64,000 bases of DNA, from assembly GCF_964355755.1 (NCBI RefSeq), contig NC_092675.1, positions 28,678,912 through 28,742,911 of the forward strand, given 5' to 3'. The notes beneath the pieces are model-generated. The model ran no database searches and was not told where the DNA came from. It was given only the letters and a program-made list of their open reading frames with translations. This DNA comes from Antedon mediterranea (taxonomy: Eukaryota; Animalia; Echinodermata). The translations under genes were made by a program, and so were the position numbers. Every line of letters starts with the position of its first letter. Position 1 is the stretch's first letter. This document shows positions 22,389-35,800 of the stretch, one piece after another.

Positions 22389-23366
22389 GGACTAGAACTG
22401 TAGAATTAGTATAGGCATCAATATGATTCAGGCAATAACTGTATATATTTACGAAGTTTACCCGAATACTTCTTGTCCTCTCCCGGAATTTATTTAGAGA
22501 ACGTGATTTTAATATTTTTGTTGATTCTATTTTATATTTTAATCTAATAATGAATTATTCAATAAAATAACATATATTTAAGATATTTTTTTTCTACTTT
22601 ATAAAATAGAATAGTAATATTATTCGCAAATTTAACTTCTTTCTTTACTCGTCCATTGCTTTAAATAAGTAACTGTGTTTGTCTGGGAATCTTTTATATT
22701 CTTTTGAAGATGTTTTATTATATAGTATGTTTTAAATTTATATAAAAATGAAATGCATTTATTCGACTGTTTTCACTCATAATAATAGATATAAGTATTA
22801 ATAATAGAGCACTAATTGTATTTATAATAGAACATCATAAATCATGTATCACAATTATTATATTACTGCAGTAGGCCTATTAAGTACTGCAACATGTTTA
22901 ATAAAAGCCTATATGTACAGCTTAAGATTTTGCTTTAATAATTTCATTATTTTCCGCCAGGCCTATATCTATAACCCGGAAAGGTTGTAAAATGTATTAT
23001 TTTCTGGTAAGTTTTCTAAAATCACAAAATGAACAGTTAGTGTATACAAAGTTGGGATTCCCAACATTTTTCACTGCTTTGATTGTTGTTCGATTACCGG
23101 TTCTACATTCAGTATAAATCCTTTTAGAATTTTACCAAAGCGGTTAAGTCATGCAGAAACCTTTATAATCATAATAATAACTTCTGATTCTGATTATAAC
23201 ATATCTAGAAGCAAGTAGTATTCAAACATTGTAAAACGCATAAAGCCAAAAACCATAAAAAATGTTTAGATAATCCTGACGAAGTGTCCCAGCAAGGGTT
23301 TTTAAAGATCGTTTAAGATCGCATTCAAATTACCGGTTTATGCCGAGAAGGATTTACAGTTACTAA

Positions 23367-23536
23367 AGCGTGGTTCCCACTAGCGACGCAACACAAGGAC
23401 GTAACGCAAAGCAAGTGAATCACAGTGATGGCTTATTCGCTTGTGATTGCTAACTGTCTATAACTTCGCTTGTCATTGGTCAAAACGCTTGCGTTGCGTT
23501 TACGTCCTTGCGTTACGTTCTAGTGGGAACCAAGCT
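23367..23536. mobile_element. Family B MITE, full length
   Basis: TIRs AGC(G/T)TGGTTCCCACTAG...CTAGTGGGAACCAAGCT, preceded by TAA. Nearly identical to 56038-56216. Confidence 0.9.
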
Positions 23537-23539
23537 TGA

Positions 23540-23679
23540 TCACAAGGACGTACGCGCACCGCAAGGAATTTGACCAATCACAACGCATGAATCGCAAAGT
23601 GTCGCTAATGATTGGTCAACTCACTTTCATTGCGCCTCCTCTACGTCATTTCATTTCGTGTGGAAGTGGGAACCAAGCT
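23540..23679. mobile_element. Older, partial family B MITE
   Basis: cacaaggacgt...gaccaatcacaa...agtgggaaccaagct, directly between two other MITEs. Confidence 0.7.
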
Positions 23680-23682
23680 TTA

Positions 23683-23846
23683 AGCTCTGTCTACACTATC
23701 AAACTTTATGTGTCAAAAAATGTGACATGCCCATGTATGGACATGATGTCACATGTCATATCACTACCATATTTAAGCATAGCACTACTATATATGGGCA
23801 CATCACATTTTTTTGACACATAAAGTTTGATAATGTAGACAAGGCT
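23683..23846. mobile_element. Family A MITE
   Basis: agctctgtctacactatcaaact...agtttgataatgtagacaaggct, flanked by TTA. Confidence 0.85.
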
Positions 23847-24307
23847 TTACTCTGATCGGGTTTGACGTAGGTCTAACCACCAACAGTAAGAATACGTAAA
23901 TATAGACACAAATTCAACGTAGAATGATCTAAAATATCAAAGATTTATTCACTATCAATAATAATAGGATAAATATTCATACATTAAAATTTACATTGTG
24001 GACATTTTGGTCTATTTGCGAATAATATACGGTATATATACGTACTAAATAAAACGTATAGGCCTATAGGAAGACATTATATTTTATATAAAAAAAATCG
24101 GTCACCACAGATTTTGGTTCTATGCTGACACCTTTTTGTACAGTAATCACAAAAACAATTGAAGATTGACTTATAAATAATATTAGCTGATTGTTATCAA
24201 AGTAAACTGATATTACTACTTGTCCTATCAAACACAATTTTACTGTTTGTGCGTATAAGTATGGCTATGTTTGGAATAGCACACTGGCGTTAATCTTATT
24301 CTTCTGA

Positions 24308-24581
24308 CTAGAGACGCAACACAAAGACACATAAACGCAACGTAAGTGAGTTGACCAATCACAAGCGATGGATTAGTGGAGCTGTCGCTTGTCATTGGTC
24401 AACTCGCGTAAACGCAACGCAAGCGTGCTGACCACTCACAAGCGACAGTTCGAATAATCTATCGCTTGCAATTGGTCAACTCACTTACGTTGCGTAACAT
24501 CCTTGTGTTGCCTCTCTTGTGGGAACCAAGCATTACGTTGCGTTTACGTCCTTGTGTTACGTCCTAGTTGGAAACAAGCTT
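24308..24581. mobile_element. Nested or rearranged family B MITE copies
   Basis: Two cores and two right ends: gtgggaaccaagc at about 24520-24531 and gttggaaacaagct at about 24567-24581. Confidence 0.7.
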
Positions 24582-26304
24582 TAGAATACCTTCATGCCAC
24601 AAGGCGAATTTATTCGCGCAAATCGAAATAATTGACTTATTCATACATAATGTATGACGTAATGACAATACACATTCGTTTTTCCGATGCGGAAAACAAA
24701 TTCGCAACCAATCGAGAAGTCGAAGATTCACGAAAATAGACTCGTCTGGTGGAAAATTGCACTTCTTAAAACATAGTCAAAAGAATTACATTACTTTTAA
24801 ATTTCTGTTTTAATTTTATCAGGGAAGTTAATTAACGATCAACAATTTAGATTTGTTTTCAATCGTCACCTAAAATAGGGAATTGGCAGAAAACTAAATC
24901 CCAGTGAGACATTTAATTAGAAAACATTGCATAAATGTAAATTAAAATTAATAGGAAACCTCTATAATATTAATAGGATACATTTACGATTTGTAGAAAA
25001 AATTAATCATGTTTCAAAATAGATTTCAAAGAATATTAGCTAAGTAAATTTATCAAGAGCAAAGTTTTATCATTTTATGGACATGGGAAAAAGTGTGATA
25101 AAAACATTAAGCCTACTTATGTGAGTGCCATGTTAGGATATCAAAACAAAATGGGTACTCCTTTCCTTTACAAAGATTTTAACAACATCGCACACAAAAT
25201 ATCATTGTCGAGTTGCACTTAAGTTAAACTTAATCGAATCATAACGTAATTTGGTGATTATAATTTTTAATTTACCCTATCCGCATACCCAATGGTATCC
25301 TATACAAACTCCTTCATAGTGTTCAATTAGAAGATAAAAGATACATTTACAATAACTTGTAAAAATAGCACCAATATAAAATATGTACAATGTATTCATA
25401 CAAAAATGTGCACTGAACAACATTACCCTCTCTCTCCCACACACACTATCTTAATATACATGATTTATATACATTATTCAGTGGTTCCTTTCAGCATAAT
25501 TTGCATAATTTGATCCACCAGGTGGTTATATTGAGGGGGTTTACTTGCATAATCAAATAGGCATCGAATAAGCCTAACACATTAAGTATAATACTAAAAC
25601 TTATTATTTGGTAAATAATATAAGGAATGAGATACCTAACTTCATGCAGATTAGTCATAATTAATTGCTATATGTTAAGAACTAATTTTCAACAAGTTAG
25701 GGAGTGAGTTAGTGACATGCTAACACAGGGGTAGCACCATGTCATCCAAGTGTAAACCAGTTCACTACATGTAAATATGTAAAATTATTTAAAAAAAATA
25801 ACCATCTAAATTTTCCAATTATGTAGTAATCTGCAATTTATTTTGAATATTGCTATTAATTCATTTGGAAGTAAACATTTTATTACATAATTATTTAATT
25901 GTATAGAAATATTGATTCGTATTTCATACATGGTGCCTCAGACATTTACAGTAGGGACTTTTACCATGTGGAATAGCACCACATCAACTAAGGTCACAAC
26001 GTTATACATTGACAACATGAATGTCCACTTAATGGAAAGTTTGAAATATCCATGGACATGTACCAGTTGAATACGACCCGTAGTACACGTTCACACAAAT
26101 TCTAAATGTCCAACAGCACAGACATAATCTTCAAAGTTTCAGCACCATAATTTTTACAAAACCAATTCCAACGTTGTGAGTACAATACTCCTCCTATATT
26201 GGTGTTTTACACCTGGCAAGATATTAAACCAGCAAAACTGGTTTTTAATTATCTTAATAAATTAAAATCCATAGAATATATTAATTTTTGTAATTATCCA
26301 AAAC

Positions 26305-26720
26305 TGGACATCTTTGGACCGGTCCCTAATACCAGACAACTTTGGGCTGGTCCAACAACATTAGACACATTTATGCCGGTCCAACAATGACAGACAAAGT
26401 TGGTGTGGTCCAACAATGACAGACAAAGTTGGGCTGGTCCAACAACATCAGACAAATTTAGGCTGGTCCAACAATACCAGACAATGTTGGACTGGTCCAA
26501 CAATACCAGACAAATTTGGGCTGGTCCAACAATACCAGTTAACATTGGGCCACAACAATAGACAACTTAAGACAAGTCCAACAATCCAGTGGTCCCTCAT
26601 AGCAGAAATCTTTAGGCTGGTCCAACAATACCAGTTAACGTTGTTCTGGTTCTATAACAACAGACAACTTAAGACCGGTCCCACAATCCAGACATCTTTG
26701 GGCTGGTCCTACAATTTACC
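26305..26720. repeat. Degenerate minisatellite of about 30 bp in the RIC1 3' UTR region
   Basis: Unit (ttg)ggctggtccaacaataccagacaaat repeated about 13 times. It explains the ORFs at 26199-26733. Confidence 0.85.
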
Positions 26721-26849
26721 AAAAGTTAATTGACAGGATTAGATTCTGCAGTAGAAAAAAAAAACATCCGATATAGCATGATTTTGTTTTCTTGGCATCT
26801 GAATATTTTACTGTATAATTCTTTTCAATAAGAATGAAAATACAGATGG

Positions 26850-29800
26850 CTATGAAATGGCACAAGAACCGGCTTCTGTCTCTGTTGGCAGATCTTCTCT
26901 TGTTGGTGTCTTCACTGCCTCATCTTCAGACTCACTGAGGTTAACACTCTGACGCTTGATTTCCATAGGAGATAGTGAGGTTTCTGACGACGTAGATGCT
27001 CTTGTGGATGCTGGAGTGTTAGGAGGGCTTGGTTGCTGTTCAATTATCATTGACAGAGCTTGAGCCTGGGGCTGAATGGCTTCAAGGACTGGCTTATAGG
27101 AAGGGCTGTCAACAACAAAAAAAGAATATTGTTCTATTATAAAAAACCATACTAATTACTTTATCATCATATTATTTATTTCACCTTAAAAAACTGAATG
27201 CAAAGTAAACATTTCTATTTCTGACAGAACACAGCTCCGGTAATAAGGTACTCCTAATAGTATGGTTTCCTATCTGAAAGGGTTGTGCGGTAATAATAAT
27301 ATTACAAGAAATATTCACTGCAACGCAAGACCGGCATTCCATGATCATAATTATATTTCTTCGTCTTTCTGTGTGAGAGCATGACATTTTGCGATTAATT
27401 GCAATGTTGTGCAGTCAAGTGTATCAATTAAACAGTATATCATACAGGATTTTATATTGTTTCATCAGACCCTTTTATACATGCAGGTTATATTCTGGTG
27501 AAGACAGTTTAATGTGACACGATTCCTGTATGTATACAGCTGGTACACTAGTGAGAAAGGGCTTAAGTTTTAAACATTCAACAATTATCATCAGCCTAAC
27601 CTGATTAAAATAATAATAATATCCTGGATTTATATAGCGCCTAATATTGTTAAACCTCTAAGCGCTGATTGAACATTATTACCCCAGTCATTTTTTAGAT
27701 CAACCACGTATGGAAACATATTCCCATAATGCAGCTAGTAATCAGCGCAAAGTTATGTCTTGATCTAACCGGGTACCCATTTATACACCTGGGTGGAGAG
27801 AGGCAAACGAAAGTAAAGTATCTTGCCTAAGGATACAATTAATTTGGCAGAGTTGGATTCGAACAGTGATCTCACGATCAGTAGTCCAACGTCCAACACA
27901 CTGCGCCACACACCCTTAAATTAAAATGAAGCACTTTCTGCAAATAATTGTTCACATATTTACCATTCAGTAGTAGCCCAGAGTTCTAGAAAAGAGAAGC
28001 CCTCCCTCATCCTGCCAAGAACATCCAGGGGAGAGTCAAGAAGACTTGCAGAGTTGATAACTTGTGAGACAGCTGATAGGTCACGTAGGATGATACCAAT
28101 AACAAATGCCCATTCCAAACAGTTGGCATCCAAGAAAATACTAAATAGATGTCTGCAATATAGTGGAGAAGAATAAACAAAAATACAGTATAATAAAAAT
28201 GTTAGCCCTACAAGAGAAAAAAAGTGTCATCGTAAATTGTCATCGTTAATTATGTGACAAAATGAAACCTAAGAAAGGATTGTAAAACACCAAAGCATTA
28301 ACCCAACTTTCCACTAGGAGAATTTGTTAGCGCAAATCGAAAGCATCAGCTTTTACGCATGCTTAGAGAGGTACTTGGAAGATGGAAACATGAATACGCA
28401 CGCTTATTAACTGATGCTTTTGATTAGCGAGAACAAATTGTCTAGTGGAAAATCGGCTTTAAGAATGTCCGGTTTAATAGCTTACCTGAGTTCCTTAAGT
28501 GATTGTGGTGGTCCAAGAGTGACCATTTCAAGTGATAACTTCTCAATCTCCTGAAGATTATGGTTGCTACTCCACATGGTGTCATCAAGGTTGTCGCAAT
28601 CACCAAAGGTCGACGCACTCTCTTCACCAGTTCCAAGTGTACTTGTGTCATCTGACCCTACAAACAAACATTGTATTATTTCCATATTTATATCAGTCAT
28701 ATTTCTATTGAGCCTCTAAAGGCCAATTTACAGAGACAAGCAGTAATGGTAATAAAAATATAGAATGTCTACAGTATGTTATGATCATTTACACACAATG
28801 CTGAGCGGACGGGCGGTTTCCGCTCAGGATAGATACAGAAACCAGATGTGGGACATGTGATATATATGTGTATATACAATCAACTCTCCTAATACCAAAC
28901 TCTCTGAAAACCAGAAACTTCTCAAAATAACAGACTTTTCTTGCGCAGTGCAAAAAGTTGTCAAAAATTTGTTTTGCCAAAGAGTATATTAAAAAACTTA
29001 AAATATAATGGTGTTACCTCGATAAGACATATGCTGCAGAATAGCTTCCTCTGTCTTTGCATCACTAATAACGCTGTCCGACAGACTTTGAGGGCGTGTC
29101 AGTTTACTTTTGGTTATTCCACTTGATGATGGGGAGGGAATGCTAGATTTGGCCAGGGGTGAAGTATCATTTGATAATCCGTTTGTGATTAACGACGAAC
29201 TTTGGGAAGATGACCTAGAAAAAGACCTTGATATAGAACCTGCAATAAAGATTTTTTTAAATACAATACAGTACTGCAGTTATAAATATACCTTTTTTTT
29301 TTTTTTAAGTCATGTGCATCATTAGACAGAATTGAACCTCTTGAGGTCAATCTGTTTAATGACATATGTGTCATTTTTTCTGAAGAAGTTGTCCGAGCAG
29401 GACAGCAAAACTGTCAAGCAGGTTAGTTTCATTAATTTTTTTTTTTTCGAAAAGAATTACTATTTCGTGAATATCTAAAACAAGAGGTTTAATCACATAC
29501 AATATGAATTCTACAATTTAAACCAATAAAGGTATTATGTAGCATTAAAAAAAATAAAACTAAGCATTCCCCGAGTACCAAGGGAAGTGTTCTACTGTAT
29601 AAGAAAACAAAAAAACATTTTCCCCCAAGATTTGTGTTTAAATTGGGGTTAGGACGGGTGCAATTCAACATGGTTGATCCGATAGGTAAGATATTTAAAT
29701 TTAACTTACCAGATTTAAATGAGTTTGAAACAGGAGATACTGTGAAAGATGAAGTTGGCATAGGCCATTTGAAATCACGATGAAGACATTGCAAGGCATG

Positions 29801-32800
29801 GACCATATCATCAATCTTAGCGGCTCGCATCCTTTCAAGAAACAAGACCATGTTAATTTAAATAAATGCAGGTGCAAGATATACCAGTCATAAAATAAAT
29901 TCTTATTTGGTGGTTGGTTCACATAGTAAGTCATGGTATTGATTCAGAACCAAAAAGGTCTAATATTGTTAACACGACAAATAAAATATTTTAACATTCT
30001 GTAATTTTAACAAACTTATGAATCACATTTGCATGCCTGAAAATATATTCTAAAAAACAATCATCATGACATTTAAAAAAAAAACCAATTTTTTTGGAAA
30101 TGAAAAAAAAAAAACATTTTTCAAACATGAACCAGGTTTATGGACAGGCTGATTTAAATATCTTCTACAAAACAGTCATAACATTTTTCAAATATAAACC
30201 AGGTGTATGGACAGGCTACATTTTCATTCACTTTTAATTCAGGCAAATTAAAAGCATCGGTAAAAAAACATCAAAATATACTTAGTTTGTTACCTTTCTT
30301 TGGCGAGCCATTTCCCTAACTTAAAATCCAGGTAAGCACAAAACATTCCCAGGTCTCTTATTCGACATCCTGTAAGTAGTTTGCGAGCATGTCTGCATAG
30401 AATTAGATCTATGTAGTAATCCTCTGCTGAACTTTCATTACTGTTTAGTCTTTTTGAGACACTGGATCTAAACAAATAATTATAAATGGTCAATAACATA
30501 ATAATACATTACAATTGTTTGTAACTACTGTGGAGTAGCTTTGTATCAGGGTGTTGAGTAATTGGTCAGATGTTTTGCCTTACTCTGACGTAATTTGTAC
30601 TTTAGTATGTTGAGCAAGTAATTCTCAGGTTGGAATACATAATTATACATAACTTGTATTAAGGTCTGTCTACACTATCAAACTAGTTTGACAAAAAAAA
30701 GTGCGATGTGCCCAAATATGGTAGTGAGATGACATCATCATGTCCATATATATATTATATATATATTATGTTGCCATGAGAAAAACCAATTTTAAATCTT
30801 TCGTTGACGAACTATTTGACAATAAAGTTATCTTGTATCTTGTATGGGCACATCGCATCACAATATACATTTTTTGTCATATAAAGTTTGATCCTGTAGA
30901 CAAGCTTTAAACTTGATGCATTGGCTATTGAAATCAATAAATCCTGATTTGAAAGAAGAGACCTTCCCTTCAAATGAATTCTAATGATCGAGTATAGTCA
31001 AACTATTTAAATTTATTATACAAGTATGATACTAACTTTTTATCAGCTGCAGCATCTGGTGTTTTATCCAATGTTTTCGGTCCACCACCACTAACGCTCC
31101 GCGTCCTAGGTAACGTCTTGTGGAATTTAAAACCAGGCATAGCTGGATCTTTTGGCGTTAATGGAGGATTGGTAAGTGGGTATACATTTGGGTTAGATAA
31201 TGGAAGTGGAGATCGTAGCTCATCTTCTTCATCCCCAGGTCCAATTGTTCGTAAGAAACGTTGTAAGTCACGACAAAGTCCCCATTCTCTTTGTTCTAAT
31301 GAAACATCAAATAACTGTGTTGCATACTACATAAGGAAAAAATACATAAAGGAGTCATGTTAAAATTGTATGTGAAAAATGTTTTATTTACCATAAAATA
31401 TAATAACCTTTGTTATCAATTTTTTTTCTTTTGATAAAAAAGAATGTATGTAATAATTTTAAGCGTTCAATCTTAATTGCATATATATATATCATTAAAA
31501 CAACTTACTTGTCGACTTATTTTGATTGTTTCTAAATTCTGTAAAATGATGAGGTAGGAAGCAGCTGTCTGCAACAACCCTGAAGTAAGGCACTCCTGTT
31601 CAATATAAAAAAGTTAATAACAGGAAAATTGTGTGTAAATAAAATAGATTCAAGAATGTTCTTCTACTTTGCAAATAGACAATCCAGCTATAAAGTCTAA
31701 AAATCATTCTATGAATATGTTTTGAGCATTACTAAAGCTCTGTTTACACTATCAAACTTTATGTGACCAAAAAATGTGGTGTGCCCATATATTTTTGTCA
31801 AAGTAGTTTGTTAGTGTAGACAGAACTTAACATCGGAAAAGGATAATGATGATCTAAATTATAGTGATAATAATACTGTACCTGGAACAAATCCCTGGGA
31901 TTTCCCACAGTGTTAAATAAATACGGCCATAAAGCAATCTCTGTCTTTCTTGAACAATGTACAACAGTCTGTAGATATTCAGGAAATTCCTGTATAAAGG
32001 CCACGACCCTTGGTAACATAGCATCTGAGGAAATGAATATACATTTTATATATACTGTACACTGCATTTCTCGTTAACATTTTGCACCATGTAATGGTCA
32101 ATTATTATAAATACAGCTTAACGTACCTGGTATAGGTTCCGATGCTGTAGCCTCTTCTTCCAGCACCTCATGAAGCATAAGTTCCAATACATGTGGGAAG
32201 TATGGTAACGATGTACAACTCCTGGCGATATCAAGTGCATGGATTCCAAGGCTAATTTAACACAAACCAAAATGAAAATCATTAAAGCGAAATTTTATAT
32301 CTATTCCTATAATAATAATAAATATACGTTATTAATGTTTTATAAATACAATACAAGACCACATTTTGAAACAAACAAAAATGTACTTACTTTCTTCTAA
32401 GTAATTGCCGTAGTATGAAGTGAAGATAAATCTGAGTCTAAATATAAAAAAATATAATCATTATTAACAATAACAAAAATAAATATTTATACCTAAACCA
32501 CAATAAGTAAATCTGAAAAAAGTTTGTACATATTTCAGAATTACAACATAATGAAACTGGTATACAAAACTACTGCTATATATAACCCTGTAAATTTCCA
32601 TGCTCGAATGTAATCCCACCCCTAATTTAGGCTAAATCCATTAGACAGCATACTTAACATACTGCCAATCCATTATTAATGAATTTAGAGTATACAGTAA
32701 TCCCAACCACTCATTTGCATCACATTTTGTATCATCATAAATATAACTTATCAACAACAAACTCTAAAGCTCTGTCTACACTATCAAACTTTAAGTGACA

Positions 32801-35800
32801 AAAAATGTGATGTGCCCATATAACATGATAATGTCATATAACTATTATATTTGGGAATATCAATACCATATTAGGGCCATCCCACTTTGTTTATCAAACT
32901 AGTTTGTTAGTGTAGACAGAGCTACCACATACTGTGCGTTCTAATGTAGAGAATGGTATACTTGATGGCTGGAAGGACTTCAAGTGATTGCTAAGCGTGT
33001 CAAAGTTCAAGGTGTCATTAGCTGCTCCCAGCACAACAGCATCTTCAAAAAGAATGGCTAGCAACAAAATAATATTAAATGTTATTGAATTATTAAACTG
33101 AAAACTTTTAAAGTTGGAAATAGTTTCAGCACAAGTATTGTACAAGTAAAATTGAATAGATGTTGAATAAAGGAAACATTTAAATATTATGATAATAATA
33201 ATTATCTTTCATCCCATTAGGACATAGGGCCTACTCTTACTGAAAGATACTCTAGATTTATTTAAGTGCATACAAGCCAGATCTATACAATGGACTCCCA
33301 ATTTTAAGTCCTTTTTTTATGACTGTCTTAACTGCTCGGCCATTCTCTACCATATTACAGAATAATGCACTGTATTATAAAATAAATGTATTGCATTAAG
33401 CTTACCAAGAGGATATATTTTCAAATGGAATGAGAGCATGATGCGTTTAGAAAGAAAGCCATGGCGTTTCTCATCACCCTCAGGATACAATGGAAGCCAC
33501 ACCTGATGATGACAAAAGAAATATCATAATTAAATCAATAACATAGTGGAGCTGTAGCTTGGTGCTTGCCTTCTAATCCCAAGATCCAGGGTTCAATCCT
33601 GACTAAGTGCCAGGGTTGTAAACTGAGACGACTCTTTCAAATCCACTCCCTAAGTCTCAGACTTAGATTATAAACACGATTAATTATAAAATAGTTTATC
33701 CATCCTGTAATTTGAGAGTTGAGAGTTTGTGCGTGTTAGATGCGTATGAAATACAAAAAAACATATTTCAAGGAGAGTGTTACACACTCACTTATTTTGA
33801 TGATTACACTCTTTGTATGTTTTTTATACTATATTAAAAAAATACCTATTACATATTTTTATGTGACAAAAAAATGTGATATGCCCATATATGGACATGA
33901 TAATGCCATATCACTACCATATTTTGGAATATCACTACCATATTAGGGCACATAATTAGCTCAATTAATCAACGATATGTACCTTCATTCCTGTCGCACC
34001 ACATCCAAGCCAAAGAGATTCTGTCAAATGAGGCTTTTTATGGCAAACGCCTGAAACAGCCCACAAGTTCTCCACATTAGAGGCAAGTACAATTGGAGCA
34101 CAAAATGGCATCTGAAAAAAGTACATAAAAATGATTAAAGTCAAAGCATAGTGAACAATATGTCAATATACAGTCGAACCCTCTTAAGGGGACACCTTCA
34201 GTTTTAGTGGAGTTCTTTGGATACATTTTTGGGTGATGTATGTTTTTCAACATATTTACCTCGTTCCGTTTCTTAACTGTTGAGTCGCTGGTAATCACTT
34301 TACCACGATCTCTATGCAGCATTAGCACACGGCCAGCAACATTGATAATTAAACTTTCTGCTTCTCTCGCATGATTATTACTTTTTTCTACAAAAAAAGA
34401 TTTTAAATTCATTTACGACTTTTTAAAATATTTCATTATAGAAAAACAAACAGCTGAAATTTCAGGCAATGAAGGACGTTTTAGGTGGTTAAGCTCTGTC
34501 TACACTATCAAACTTTATGTGTCAAAAAATGTGATGATGTTATATCACTACCATATTTGGGCATATGTAGTTTGATAGTGTAGACATACCTTTAGTTTCT
34601 TGCTTGGTTACGGTAAGACTAATTAAATTATTCACCAATGAAGTTTGCTTTTGTTTATTAAATCCTCTCATGTGTTTTTTTATGATTATTTTTATTCATT
34701 GCATTATTTTTAAAGGACGAAATAAATGAAACAATCACTTCAGAAGATATTAATGATAAGAAAAAACCATGTACTGTGTAATCTATTCAATTACATGTCT
34801 TCATAACTTTTTCCTATTTCTTAAAGGTTTACTTACGTATTTCTGACCTGAGAGAAGTTAATGTTATACAAGTAAGAGACGTTGGATGAGGAACAAAGTT
34901 GGCCAATGACAGGTCTTGTATACGAGTGATAGACGCAGTAGGATCTAAAAATGACATTCAAATTAACTTGTCAGTAATGGACATTTATGCTTAAGTCAAG
35001 ACAGTGCTTAAATGAAAAACTCAAGCTTGTTTATCAGACCAGTTCTTTTTATCTTAAGGAATGGACCTTGTCCTTTTCATCCAAGAGATAAGTTTTAAAA
35101 ATAGGTTATTTTGAAAATTGACTAAAAGCTCTTTCTACACCATCAAACTTTGTGTGACACAATGATGTCATATTACTAACATAATTGGGCACATCACACT
35201 TTTTTGATAGTGTAGACAAAGATTTACGGCCTCTACAATTAGAAGGGAAATAGGTATTATATATCACAACATTCAAATAAATAGTGCCCTAATGGGTTCC
35301 AAAACATTTCTTATAATTCTAATGAAAATATTTTTTTAAATGTGTATCTGTTTCATACTTGGAGTATTGAAAAATAAATACCGTCCCGGGTATAATTCCA
35401 CTTTGGGTTTAATCCCACCCCCTACCTTATGTCTTATTTCACAAACAGGCATATCTCCGGGTATAATCCCAGTATTGACATGACCTAGATGTAGGCCTCT
35501 CTCTAACCAGTTCAGATGAGCTTTTACAAGAAATGCTTACCAATAATTTTTTTCCTTAACCAGGGTTTCCCCGGGTATAGTTCCACCCCCCCACCCCCAA
35601 AGTCGGCTCAATTTTGTGTTGTAGGTAGGTGTGATTATACTAACGGTATTTTTAAGAGATAGTTGAGAGCGAAATGCGTAAAACCTCTTACTTGGTTGTG
35701 TGCCTTGCCGGTCAATTTGGTACAATGATATATGGTAATCAGCACAGAAGATTACTAGTAAGTCTTTAAATACATTTAACAGCAATACTTGAGATGGTAC

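Noticed and set aside
33545-33610. Second tRNA gene (also considered about 27845-27915 and 60060-60125)
   Set aside because: Only A/B-box remnants are present. The stems do not close into a cloverleaf and the sequences continue into SINE bodies.
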